This document shows, piece by piece, positions 52,875 through 64,000 of a stretch of DNA of 64,000 nucleotides. Positions within the stretch are counted from its first letter, which is position 1, and each line of letters starts with the position of its first letter. Source of the stretch: Camelus ferus (lineage: Eukaryota). The stretch spans positions 20,212,001 through 20,276,000 of the forward strand of contig NC_045715.1 in NCBI RefSeq assembly GCF_009834535.1, read 5' to 3'. The notes beneath the pieces were generated by a model. It was not told the DNA's origin, ran no database searches, and saw nothing but the letters and a program-made list of their open reading frames with translations. A program made the translations under genes and the position numbers.

Positions 52875-55800
52875 TCAGGCTGTTCGCAAAGGCTTGTGGT
52901 TCACCTGGCAAAAAGACGACAGTGATGACTTAGGGACCAGGTACCCTAATCTCCCAGGACCTCATCTGGATGAATGGGCTACAGGGTAGACAAATTTCCA
53001 GGAGTACTGTAGTTTTTTTCTGGCACCCTACCTCACCCCTTTGCCAAGCAGTCATTGTATAACAATGACTGATTTACTGCAAGTGGGTGAAGGGGCCAGA
53101 GCCCTGCTTGCACAACCCTCCTTAGCTCCCAATTTTCCACTGCAGGCCTCAGGGAGACTTCAAGGAATCCAGCTTGAAGGTCACTGCTATGGTCCAATGC
53201 TTTTATTTATGTATGCATTTTTTATTTAACTCTCTTATATGGTACTTACCATGTGCTAAACACTGTTCTAAACAACATGCAAATATTTATTCATTTAATC
53301 CCCTTAGCAATTCAACAGGATAGTTACTTTAATTAACCCTGGTTTTAAGGTGAAGAAACAGGTGCAGAGAAGATTAACTTGTCCAAGGTCAGTTAGCAGT
53401 CTTTGGAGCCAGGATTCCAACAAAACAGTCTGGTTCTAGATCCTGCCCTCTGATCTCTACCATAATCTACAGGTGAATAAACAGGCACCAAGGACAGCAG
53501 TGATGGGCCTTGGAATTAATTGTCAACAGGCTACAACTAGCTCCTTCTGCTAGTGGGGCGACCACAAGCACAGGCCCCAGAAACAGCGGGCCCGGGTCTG
53601 AAACACAGCTTCACCAGCTGTATGCCATGGGCTAAGCTACCTAACATGTTGAAAGTTCAGTTTTTTTACTTTGTAAAGCCCTACACACCCCAAAGGTAGT
53701 CTGATTTAAAAAAATTTTTTTAAACCATTTTGTGTAGAAACTTAGCACTGTGTCTGGCACATGGAAAGCAATTAATAAATGTCAGTGGCCCCCAGACCTC
53801 CTGGGTGCTGGGCCCACTGCGTCATGTGCCACAGGAACCTGGCAATTTGGCTCCATGGCCCCCACCCTAGAGGCCCTCACCTGGGAGATGCTGACGCCTG
53901 TGAGTCTCTCCACGCTCTCTGGCAGGTGGCTCAGGATGTCCAGCACTTCCCCAGTCACTTTGGCAGCCCCCATGGCCCCACTTCCACTGGACACCAGTGT
54001 GATCTTATTGGCCGAGGTCAAGGGACCGCTGATCTCCTCTGCCACCTGGTAGGTGAGACGCACACTCAGTGCCTGCGGTCTGACCCTGCCATTCCTAAGA
54101 CTCCTTACCCTGGGTTTTAAGATCCCTGTTCTTCACTACAGCAAGGATCACCCTGCCTCACTCTGATCACTGATTTGTAATCCCCAGCCCTGATTTATGG
54201 CCCCCTAGGCTGGTTCTCCCCAAGTCCCTCATTTCCCCCACCCCTGATTCCCTGGTCCTGTCCCTCCTCTGCTGGTGCCCACATGACCCCCAGACCTGGG
54301 GCAGCTTCTCCAGCAGCATGTCCAGCTGAGCAGCCTCCTGGTACAGCTGGAATGCCTCTGCCTTCTTGGCCATCTGCTCAGCTTCCGCCCGGGCTCGGGC
54401 CCCTATGGCAAAGGCCTCGGCCTCCCCCCGCATCTGAGGAGAGCACAGGATACTTGTGCTACTGATGGTGGGAGTTAAGGACAAGAAATCCCAGGGCGAG
54501 CAACAACCCCTACTCCCTCCACCGACCGGCAAGAGCCAGTGGCTAACTCACCCGCACAGACTCGGCTTCTGCCTCTGCCTGCATGATCAGCTGGGACCTG
54601 GGCAGAGAAGGAAGTGGAAGGAGTAGCTGAGGAGGAGCCCTTGCTCTGGGACAGACTCCACAGAAGGGGTACAGGTAGAGGAGGCCTCAGCTTCTCTTCT
54701 GGGGGCGCCCAGGTGTGAAGGAGCCCGGAGGGGCCGGGAGGGGTGTTTACTTCTCTGCCTCTGCCAGGCGCTCCAGCCTGTAGCGCTCAGGCTTCCGCTG
54801 GCTTCCGCACCCGGGCCTCCAGCTCCTTCTCCCGGCGGGCGATCTCCTGCTCCTGCACTGCCACCTGCTGGGCCCGCTCCACCACCTGCACCTGTACCCG
54901 CTGCTCCTCGATCTGCTGCTTCGTCTTGGCCACCTGGGTAGGAGGGAGGCTCAGAGTCAGAGCTGAAGAGCAAACACCCAGGAAGCCAGTGCTCCAGGGC
55001 GGGATATAAAAATAGAGCAGCAGGTACATGAAGTCGGTCCCCAGTGGGCTCAGCCTGCCCAGTGGAGTCCATTCTGGTACTGATCCAAGGCACGGTTCGG
55101 GGGTGGGTGACCTGATCCTCCCTCCAGTATCAACAGTTAGGGCTGTTCCCCAGGTGGTCTCAGCTTCAGGGCCGCAAAGGGCTGGGATCCAGCCCCTGTT
55201 CTCCTTCAGGCCAGGTGAAGCATCCCTCCTTGAGCTCCCATCTTCCTCTATTTCTCCACCGCATCTCCCTCTAGAGTATGAGCATCTGGAGGGCATTGGT
55301 GGCCATCCTCTACCTCCAGTCTCTCTCAGATCCATCTACTTCCCTCCATCTGTGCTGCGGGTACCCTAGTGCAAGCCACTGTCAATTGACTCCTGAATAG
55401 CCTCCCACTGACTTTCTTTTTGAGGTGCTGTGTGTGTCTTTTTCATTTTTATCTTTTGTATGTGATCCAAATTCTAACAAAAAAGTAAACAGTGATAAGC
55501 AAGGTTCCACCTACTTCTCAAGCCACCTGGTTGGCTCCCTTCCCCAGAAACAACTATCGTGACCAGCTTCTTGCGTATCCTTCCAGCAACTACAACATGT
55601 ATACAGAGGCTTCCTCTCACTTAGGCAGATTGCATTTTCTTATCTCTTGGAGACTAGAGGGATCAGAAGACTCTTGACAAGATGTAAGTGAGTAGAGGTT
55701 TGGGCACTTCTCATCTCACTGCTCGGACTCAGCCATGCACCTCCCTGTGGGGCCCATCAACACAAGAGATAGTGCTCCTGCCTCTACTGGGCCCATCTGT

Positions 55801-58800
55801 TCACTCCAGAGGATGGGTGCTTCTAGAGATGACACCATGTACTGTCTTTGACCCTAAAATTTCAAACTTGTTCCAAACTGGACTATTTGCTCTTGACCCC
55901 TTGTGCAGGATCACAATGGTCCTGTGTTGGAGCACTCCCCTCAGCCTCTCTCTCCTTTGGCCCACTGTTTGGAGAAACTCAGCCTCCAACAGCTCCCTCA
56001 GAAAGACTAGGTGGGCAATACATTTTTTGAGATCTTCTTTCTCTAAGATTTTCATTCCACTTTTCTGTCTGAATGACTATAGGTTGAGTACTGATGACTA
56101 CGTTGTTAATCATTTTCCACCAGAATTTTGAAGGCATTGCTCCATGGTCTTCTTGATTCTTGAGAAATCACAAGTCATTCTGATGCCCAACCCTTTGCTT
56201 GAGATCTAGTCTTTCTCTCTGGAACCTTTAGATTTTTTCTTTATTCTCAGCATTCTGAAATTTCATAATGATGAGTCTTAAGGTAGATTTTCTTTTATTC
56301 ACTGTGTTGGGCTCTTGGTGGACCATCTCAATCTAAAAAGTCAGATAAACATGTTTGAATTTTTTCCACTGTTGATTTCCTTCCGCTTGCTTTGTTCTAT
56401 TGGCTCACCTGGACTAGCCTCTAGTATTCTTTCCTAATGTTTCCATTTGTTTTGTTCTATTTTCTGGGAAATTTATTAGAATCTCTCTTGCATTGTGACT
56501 TAAAAAATTTTTTTTAATTTCTAAAAGCTCTTTTTTTGTGTTTGTTTTCTGTTCTATAATCCTGATATCCTGAATGTGAATTCTTCTCTTATCTCACTGA
56601 GGATATTAATTTGGGGGGGTAATTAGGTTTACTTGTTTTATTTTAGAAGAGGTGCTGGGGATTGAACCTAGGACCTTGTGTATGCTAAGCATGCACTCTA
56701 CCACTTGAGTTATATCCTCCCTGCTAGAGGATATTAATTTTTCTAAGCTTTCTTCTCCCTGCACAGTATGTATCCTTCAAACTGCTTTGCTGCTTGTGGT
56801 TTTGGTCTAGTCTTCCATGTCGCAGGACTCCCTCATATGTCAGGTAGTCCTTGCTTCTCTGCTCACAGGGAAGAAGGTCTGAAACACCGGAAAGAAGCTG
56901 TAGGTATGTGGGTGAGGCTCACTGGCTTTCAGCCTCACTCAAGGGTGACCTGGGCAGATCATCTGCTGAGGAACCTCTGACTCAGGATCTTCCAGTCTTT
57001 TCTTTTGGATTGCTCATGTTCCCCACAGCAGTTTTCTGATCTCTTCTTTGGAAGATGGAGGTTCTGGGAGACAAGTGGGGTGAGGGGTAAGGGGAAGCGG
57101 CCAGCGTTCAACAGGCAGTCACTTCATGCCTGTTACTGGTACAGCATCCAGGCCCTCACCTGTGCCCCGCTGGCCCTGGGTCACATCCTCTGGTTTACTC
57201 GTTAGATAATAAACCACCAGAAGTTTACTGGAGCAGTGAGGGAGCCAGACAGGGGGTCTACCTAAGAAGTCACTTTTCACCTGTTTTTCCTTATTTCAAC
57301 CATCTTCATGACAGCTCCAGAGGCCCCTCGTGCTGCCAGGTCCTGAGCCTCTGATCATTTCACAGTTTTCTCCCCTGCAGCTTTGGGTCGGCTCTCTCAG
57401 ACCTGCTTAGTCAATTACCATGGCTTTCCAGCTTCCAAAATGATGCTATGGTTTCTGTTCCTTCTGTTCCTATTCTCTCCACCTTTTTCTTTTTAAATCA
57501 CTCTGTGTGGTCTAATGAGGTTTTAAGAGGAAGTGCAATTAGCTGCATTTATTCAATCCATCATCTTTGAAAAACCTTCTAACTCATCTCCCTGCTTCCT
57601 CTCTTCTGACAATCAATTCTCCACATGGCTGTTGGACTGATCCTTGTAAAAACATAAATTAGACCAGAGTGCCTCCCTGCTTAAAGTCCTCCAATAGCTT
57701 TCCATTGTGCTTTGAATTTTCTTCTAAGTCTCTGTCATGGCCACCTGAATCCTATGTGACCTGGCCCGCCTGCCTCCCCTCACTCACAGCACAGCAGCCA
57801 TGCCAGATCAGAACCCTCCTTTCTGTTCCTGGGACATACCCAGCTCTTTCCTACCTCAGGGTCTTAGCACATGCTGATCCCCTGGCTAGCCACTTGCCCC
57901 ATATAGCTATTTAAATTTAAATTACTTAAAATTAAATAAATTTAAAATTCAGCTCCCCAGTCACAGGAGCCACATTACAAGTGCTTGACATCACAGCACA
58001 GATATAGAGCATTTCCATTATCACAGAAAGTTCTATTTGAACAGCACTGGCCTAGAATGTTCTCAGCCCACAACTCTTTACCTTGCTGCCTCTTTCTCAT
58101 CTTCAGGGTTTATCCCATATATCACTTCCTCACTGAAGCTTTCTCTGACCACCTTGACCTAACAGAGTATCTCCCCTACTGTATTTCACATCATCTGTTT
58201 ATTTCCTTCATAGCACTTAAACAACATACTTAGAGCCTGTGAAAGTTATTTGATTATTAGTTGTTTCTTGCATTGTAATGCTAAGCTCCATGTGGGCAGG
58301 AATCTTATTGTGTCTTTTTCATACTTATATACTCACCTCCAAAACAATGTCTGGCACACAGTAAGCACTTAATAGATATCCATTGAATAAATCCTGATTT
58401 CCCCGGCACCCAGCATAAAGCCCGGCACAGAATGAGGAACTAATAAAAGCTGAACAGAACCCAAACCAGCCCAACCCTGCAACCCTGATTTGCCAACGAT
58501 GGAAGCCATGTGTAGAAGATTAAGGATCTTATCCTTGAGTGGGTTAAGTCCCACCCAGGCTAGTGGTTTCCACTCTGTTAATGCTTCTGAAATGCCAATG
58601 TGTACACAAATCACTTAGGGATTATGCTAAAATGCAGATTCTGATTGGGTAGGTTGAGCTGGACCCTGAGATTTTGTATTTCTACCAAGTTCTCCAGGGA
58701 TGCTGATGCTGCTGGTAAGTGGACCACACCTTGAGCAGCAAATCACTGTGCCACACTCAGGTACCTGTCAAGCCACCCAGGGATTTCACATCACAACTAC

Positions 58801-61776
58801 AGATGTGCTGCACTTCATGCTTTCAGCCTGTACCAACTCTTGGCAAAAATGAATCTCATAATATTGCTCTCCTTCGGTACACGTCTCAAAGTACGTCAAA
58901 GTTGATTCTCGTTATTCACGGCAGTTCTGTTTTATAAAGTAGCCATCAACACTGAATTAACAAATACTTTTGTTCCTAGGATGCAGGGTAGGGTTCCTGT
59001 GAGCCTCTGGTCACAACATTTTCATCAACAGATCAATATATACCCTTGTTTTATGTGTGTTTCTGCTTAAAGACACCGTACGTAATATATACTGTTAACT
59101 CATTAACAACGAAGTCACAGCCAACAGCACTGTAACTCATGCCTGAAGGAAGCTTATCTAACACACCTATTTTCAGTCAGGCACGAACGTCACAGACTTC
59201 TTGCACTTAGGAACACTAGACAGCACTTCGGCACTGAGGCTTGGGGGTCATTTTAAACTATGAAATCACCGACAAAGAGCACAAAAGTGTGAAAAATGTG
59301 GCAGTGAATATACTGTGAAAATGACACTGTTTATAGTATAAGAGTCAAAACAAGAAGGCAGAACATCTTGTTCAACCTCAACTGGGAAGCACACAGCAGG
59401 CAACTGAAACTGTTCCCCACTCTTGCAAATGGTCATCAGTACCGAGTACTGATTCTGGGGTAACCAATCAATTCTGGCAATGAGGCAAATTCTCAAATAT
59501 GGGATCCACAAATGATAAGGATCGGCTGTACCTCCGGGCTCTGTCATCTCACTTTGTGGGATTCAAAGCCCAAGTCCACATTTTCCTTCCTCACAGCCTT
59601 CTTCGACCACCAGAGCTGCTGTGAGCCCATGAAGTAGCCTGTGCAAATTAGAAAAAGGTGCCCCTTCCTCTGGGTGGATGAAGATCTAGTGACCCAGGCC
59701 CGATGCACAGCTTGGCGAGTGAAGCAAGGGCTGCATCCTTCTCATCCAGGTGCCCCTGCACAGGGCACAACCTGCCCCAAGCCACGATCATCCCTATGGA
59801 ACATACCCTTTCTAGACCTTTCCTTTGCTTTTTCAGCTATGTGTTTAGATCTTTAACATCTTCCTCATACGGAGGAGCTGTGTTGCAAATGGAGGCCCAA
59901 ATAAGGGAATCAGAGTTAGAATATGAGAAAGAGTGGTGGCCTAAGAAGAACGGGTAGGGAGCGAAGTCGAGCCTGGCCATTGGGCCAGCATGAGGGCTCT
60001 GACCTGTAGCTGATAGGCCAGATCAGCCTGTGCTCGGCGGGTGTTGACCTCGATGTCATACGCGGCCTTCTTCAGCTCGTAGTCCCTTTGCGCCTTGGCC
60101 ATCTCGATTTCACTCAGGTACTGAGCAGACACCTTTTCCTGCTTGGCTTTGGCCTCCTGTCCATGCAGAGATCAGGTAGGAAGTCAGAGAAGGGAGAAGG
60201 CCCCAGGGAGAGAACCAGCTCTCCGCCAAGTTTCCCCATCTTTACCCCAGGCCTGGCCTCATCTGTGTCCTCGGCCAACCCCAATTCACCAGCCCCTAAT
60301 CCATCCCAACTCCAATAAGCCCATGGNNNNNNNNNNNNNNNNNNNNNNNNNNNNNNNNNNNNNNNNNNNNNNNNNNNNNNNNNNNNNNNNNNNNNNNNNN
60401 NNNNNNNNNNNNNNNNNNNNNNNNNNNNNNNNNNNNNNNNNNNNNNNNNNNNNNNNNNNNNNNNNNGTCTTCGGGAAGGTTTAAGAGATGAGAGCAGGGA
60501 AGTGGGGAGGAGGAACGGTCTAGGTTTACCTGATCATCGTGAATGTCCTTTAGGGTGTAGCTGACCACACTGATGCCCATGTTGACCAAGTCTGAGGAGG
60601 CCACTTTGAAAACCTGTTCTGAGAATTTCTGCCTGTCCTTATAGATTTCCTAGGATAACAGGATGGAGGGAAAGAGGAATGTTAGCTCTAGATCCTCTGG
60701 CCGCTGTCTCCTATAGGCTAGCTCAGTCCTTGGGTATTCCTCCACCCTCTCACTCTGGAATCCCTTCCAGGTCTTTCCCTGCTCTCAGGCCCACCTCCAC
60801 AGTCATATGGGCCATGATAGCCCTCTGGTGGCCCTCCAGCGTCTCCAGTGCAATGTGGGCAATCTCAGCCTCTGTCTTTCCCAGAAACATCTGGCAGGCG
60901 GCTGCCAACATCTCCTTGTTCTGGCCCTGGATTTTCACCTGTAGAGTGAGGGAGGGTGTGGTGAAGGTGTCAAGAAGCCAGGCAGAAAGCAGGGAGAGAA
61001 GTGGGGAGAAGTCAAGTGCCTTGGAAGTCCCTGGAGAAGCTGAGACCAGCAGAGAAATTTCTCTGCAGGCAGAGGATGGGAAGACCATGGTCAGAAGATT
61101 CTTAATGTCTGGGGACAGAGAAGGTGAAAGGGGGAGTGGACTTTGGGGGAAAGGCTCTGAAAGCCTCACCTGGGCAATGCCAGTGACTGAGATGGGGACC
61201 CCATGGCGAGTGTAAACCTTTTCACTCTTGACATTGAGGGTCAGTGTGTTGAGAGAGATCCTAAGGGAAGAAGAAGGGGTGGATAGTGAGAAAAGGAGGA
61301 AAGAGGAAACGAGGGTTCTCCTTTCCAAGTTCTCTTCTTACCTACCTCTGGATTTGCTGGATGCAGGGCAGGACAAAGACACGTCCTCCAGCCACCATGA
61401 CTGGGGGGCTCCGGCAGAAACCTGCAAGATGAGGGGGCAGTGAGCTGCGGTGGCCGATCGCCCCGGCAGAGCTGAAATGTGGAAGACAGAATTGGGGAAG
61501 GGAGAAGGGTAGCAATCCCCAAGAGGAAATGTGGGAGCTGACGCGGGTCGGGGACAGTTTTGGCCTTGGAAGGGTGGTGGCTGGGAACAATCACAAGGGG
61601 GTGGCTTGCAGCCACGGGGGAGTGGGGTGGGCGGAAGGCTTGGCGCTAGGGAGCTGGTAGGGAGAAGGGGAAGGGCAGAGGCCACACTCGCAAGGGCTTG
61701 GGGGTCACTGGCTGAGAAGAGAACAATACTTACCAGAGACCACCATGGCCTCGTTTGGACCACAGGTGAAAAACAT
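52875..61776 (-). CDS. FLOT1: Flotillin-1, 427 aa expected; one exon in an N gap and one apparent +1 frameshift
   Basis: Coding exons 61734-61776 ([14 protein letters not shown]), 61346-61421, 61170-61260, 60795-60938, 60530-60649, [96-nt exon DYLHSLGK...GIR not visible, presumed in gap 60327-60466], 60004-60156, 54751-54933, 54552-54597, 54296-54433, 53881-54045, 52875-52904 (VNHKPLRTA*). Minus-strand AATAAA at 52524-52529. Candidate non-coding exon 1 donor AAG/GTAGAT at 62099. Confidence 0.95.
53235..53465 (-). mobile_element. MIR SINE in the last FLOT1 intron
   Basis: TACTTACCATGTGCTAAACACTGTTCTAA...GAAGAAACAGGTGCAGAGAAGATTAACTTGTCCAAGGTCA. Confidence 0.65.
56613..56726 (-). mobile_element. 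tRNA-derived SINE with perfect 14-bp TSD in a FLOT1 intron
   Basis: Family head on the minus strand. GAGGATATTAATTT occurs at 56599-56612 and 56727-56740. Confidence 0.88.
57590..58390 (+). mobile_element. L2 3' fragment, interrupted by the MITE above
   Basis: Ends GTCTGGCACACAGTAAGCACTTAATAGATATCCATTGAATAAAT, a typical L2 tail. Boundaries approximate. Confidence 0.55.
57884..58048. mobile_element. MER3/MER33-type hAT MITE nested in an L2
   Basis: AT-rich core CTATTTAAATTTAAATTAC...AGAAAGTTCTATT...ACAGCACTG. L2-like sequence continues on both sides. Confidence 0.6.
58590..58740. mobile_element. MER5A-type MITE
   Basis: AAATGCAGATTCTGATT...GATGCTGATGCTGCTGG...GGACCACACCTTGAG. Confidence 0.7.
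58899..59528 (+). mobile_element. Near full-length MER82 (TcMar-Tigger non-autonomous DNA transposon)
   Basis: Left end AGTTGATTCTCGTTATTCACGG, right end ATAAGGATCGGCTG followed by TA. Internal sequence follows the recalled MER82 consensus. Confidence 0.8.
60327..60466. other. Assembly gap, 140 N, presumed to hide a 96-nt FLOT1 exon
   Basis: Run of N between the exons ending DIHDDQ and starting EAKAKQ. Confidence 0.97.
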
Positions 61777-61789
61777 GGCTCAGGTTGGA

Positions 61790-62700
61790 GCTGGAGGAGA
61801 GAGAAAGCCTTTGCGGATGGAAAGGGGCGCCGTGGCGTCCACAGAAGTGAACCCTTTCCTTTTCCCGTCAGTCCCGCCCAGTCTGCAGCCACCGCGTCCC
61901 TGTCCTTTCCGCACCCATGGATCCGCTAAGGCCTTCCCCGGCGAAATTTCGCAGACCTCCCTACCCCTTGCCGCGTCCCCGCCTTCAGTGACAACGGTTT
62001 CTCCCTTATCTGATAAAAACTCTCTGGCCCCTAGAGGCCCCCAGACCCTTGCGTCCCCCTCCCTGCTCCTCCGCAGCCATCTCCCCTCCCCCATCTACCT
62101 TCCCGGACGCGGGTGGCGGCCGGCCGGGGGTCCTGGGCAGGGCCGGGGACGCGCGGGGGACCTGGAAGGTGAGCAGGGGGCCGCTCGCGGACCACCTTCC
62201 TGGAAGCTGGGCCCGCGCTGGCGCCCGCGCCCCCCACCGGGCCGCACCCTGTTGCTGCGGCAGACGCAACCCCGCCCCCCGCGGCGGACCAACCCACCCC
62301 TCGGCCCCGCGCGCTCGGCCCGCCCCTTTCCCGGCAGGCCCTGCTCTGGTCCGCAGCCCGCCGGGCCCACAGGGGCTAGGGGGCGGGTGGGGGCTGGGGC
62401 TCCATTTCACCGCCCTTCCCAGACCGGGAGCTACGCCCAGGCCGTCCCACGCCCCGCCCAGTCGCGCGGGACGTGACCTCCGTGTGTCGCGCAACCCGGG
62501 GCAAGGAAGACCGACTCATCTTGGATTTGCCCCGCGAGAACTGGGAAAACCACGAACTGGGCAACGAACCACAGCATCCGGTCACCAGATGCTGGGTTCC
62601 GTGACTCTGGCAAGCCAGTGGAGGAGCGCACGCTGCGGACTTGGTCACGGCTGCTCCATTCTGGCCCTGGCGCCTGAAGGCAAAGAGTGGGGAATCGTCG
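61790..62700 (-). promoter_or_regulatory. FLOT1 CpG-island promoter, directly downstream of the IER3 poly(A) signal
   Basis: CpG-dense GC-box region upstream of the FLOT1 ATG exon. Confidence 0.65.
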
Positions 62701-62750
62701 CTTGCAAAGAGAGACTCACAGAACTGCTGACAGTTAATCAAGTTTATTTG

Positions 62751-62763
62751 TGTTCACAGAACA
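62751..62763 (-). promoter_or_regulatory. Roquin constitutive decay element (CDE) hairpin in the IER3 3'UTR
   Basis: Minus strand TGTTC-TGT-GAACA: 5-bp stem and UGU triloop, fitting the UCYRYGA core. IER3 is recalled as a CDE-containing Roquin target. Confidence 0.8.
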
Positions 62764-63049
62764 TACTGGGCGACCCCACAGCCGCCCTAACAGCCCACCG
62801 ACCCCTCAGCCACCCCTTGGGGGCAACTCCGAGATCGAAGGCCAAGGACCTTATTCCCAGCGGTCCGCCGAAGCGTCGCACAGTAGACTCGCGAGTTGAG
62901 ATGCTGGAGGACCGAGTGTCACCCGCTAAACCCACCACCCACCACCATTCTTGATTTCCAGCCCCGGCGCCCTCCCGGACCCGGGTCCTGTTCATCCCTC
63001 TTCCCTGCTTCGCTCCGTTCTGGGGCCAGCCTCCACCAATCCCACAGAA

Positions 63050-63205
63050 CTCTATAAATACCCAGAGATCTGCACTTGCAGCAGGGGGCACATCTCGCAC
63101 CCCTGCATAAGTTAAAATAAATATTACATACACCCCTCCATCACCTGGGGGACATACATAAATACATATAAATATTATTAGGAGCAATGAGAAATAAATT
63201 AACGA
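63050..63205 (-). promoter_or_regulatory. AU-rich element cluster in the IER3 3'UTR
   Basis: Five ATTTA pentamers on the minus strand (plus-strand TAAAT) in AT-rich context. Confidence 0.75.
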
Positions 63206-63398
63206 CGCTCTTTCACGATCTGGCCTAGCCCCGGCGTGTCGGTGCCTGTCTCTCCCAGGCTCGGGCTGGCGTCACCGCTGTAGTGTTCTGAGTGTGAGTT
63301 GCCTCGGGAGTCCCAGTTTGGGATACGCTCTCGCGCACCAGGTACGCGCAGTGTTTCTTTGGTTCTTCGAATTCTTTTGGGAGTACGAAGAGCCCCAA

Positions 63399-63962
63399 TT
63401 AGAAGGCGGCCGGGTGTTGCTGGAGAAAAGTGCTGAGGTCCAAAGCGTAGTCTGAGGGCTCCGAGGTCAGATTAAGGGGCTCGACCGGGGGCGCAGCTGT
63501 GGGTGCGGGGGACGGGGCGCTGGGGGTGTCCTCCTGGGCCAGGGGTGTCGACACACTCTCTTCAGCCGTCAGGATCTGGCAGAAGATGATGGTGAGCAGG
63601 AGAAAGAGCAGCCTTTTGGCAGGGTTCGGATCCTCGACTGGCAGCTGGCGCCGGACCTGAGAGGGGGGACAACAAAGGGAACAGGTCAGGGCCCGGGCGT
63701 CCGGTGGTTCACCCCGCTCTTCCCCCGGGCTGTCCACTTCGGCGACACTCACCACTCGTGGGTACAGGACCCTACGGCTGCGCTTTCGGTGCCCGCGGGA
63801 GGCGCTGGGGCGCGCAGCGGGTGCCACCGCGGGCTCTGGGAGAGGGTCGAAGGTGAAGATCTCAGGACCGGAGCCCCTCCGGGGTCCCGGGCTGGTGGAG
63901 GGGACCGGGGTCGGGGCCCGCAGGACGGTCATGGTCGGGAGGGAGCTGCGAGAGTGACACAT
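63399..63962 (-). CDS. IER3: Immediate early response 3 (IEX-1), 155 aa, two exons
   Basis: Exon 1 63753-63962 ([11 protein letters not shown]...VLYPRV), intron 63657-63752 (GTGAGT...CTCAG), exon 2 63399-63656 ([18 protein letters not shown]...QQHPAAF*). Minus-strand AATAAA at 62743-62748. Confidence 0.96.
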   Translation of the reverse strand: MCHSRSSLPTMTVLRAPTPVPSTSPGPRRGSGPEIFTFDPLPEPAVAPAARPSASRGHRKRSRRVLYPRVVSVAEVDSPGEERGEPPDARALTCSLCCPPSQVRRQLPVEDPNPAKRLLFLLLTIIFCQILTAEESVSTPLAQEDTPSAPSPAPTAAPPVEPLNLTSEPSDYALDLSTFLQQHPAAF

Positions 63963-64000
63963 GGTGCGCTGAGCTGAGCAGACAGATGAGTGGGGACCCG

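Noticed and set aside
62049-62954. 301-aa plus-strand ORF
   Set aside because: GC-rich promoter shadow ORF with no recognisable domain or splice support.

Overview
Mammalian genomic DNA from the gene-dense MHC class I framework region, syntenic with human 6p21.33. The species is inferred to be a camelid from the tRNA-derived SINEs and the L1 3' end. Gene order: 3' end of C6orf136 (+), DHX16 (-, 20 coding exons), PPP1R18/phostensin (-), NRM (-), MDC1 (-, 14 coding exons), TUBB (+), FLOT1 (-), IER3 (-). I built exon coordinates by hand from GT/AG sites, phase continuity and recalled orthologous protein sequences. The rest is CpG-island promoters and interspersed repeats (SINE, L1, L2, MIR, MER5/MER3/MER82, MLT1). 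No wholly new gene system is evident. Best leads: (1) a 69-nt, 65/69-identical copy of DHX16 exon 12 at the 3' end of intron 16, in frame with exon 17; (2) a 96-nt stop-free in-frame IER3 intron; (3) a 242-codon open frame in the PPP1R18 3'UTR that exon skipping would reach. Three apparent +1 frameshifts (DHX16 twice, FLOT1 once) share one sequence context, and the TUBB N-gaps have exactly the orthologous length. Both point to assembly artefacts.
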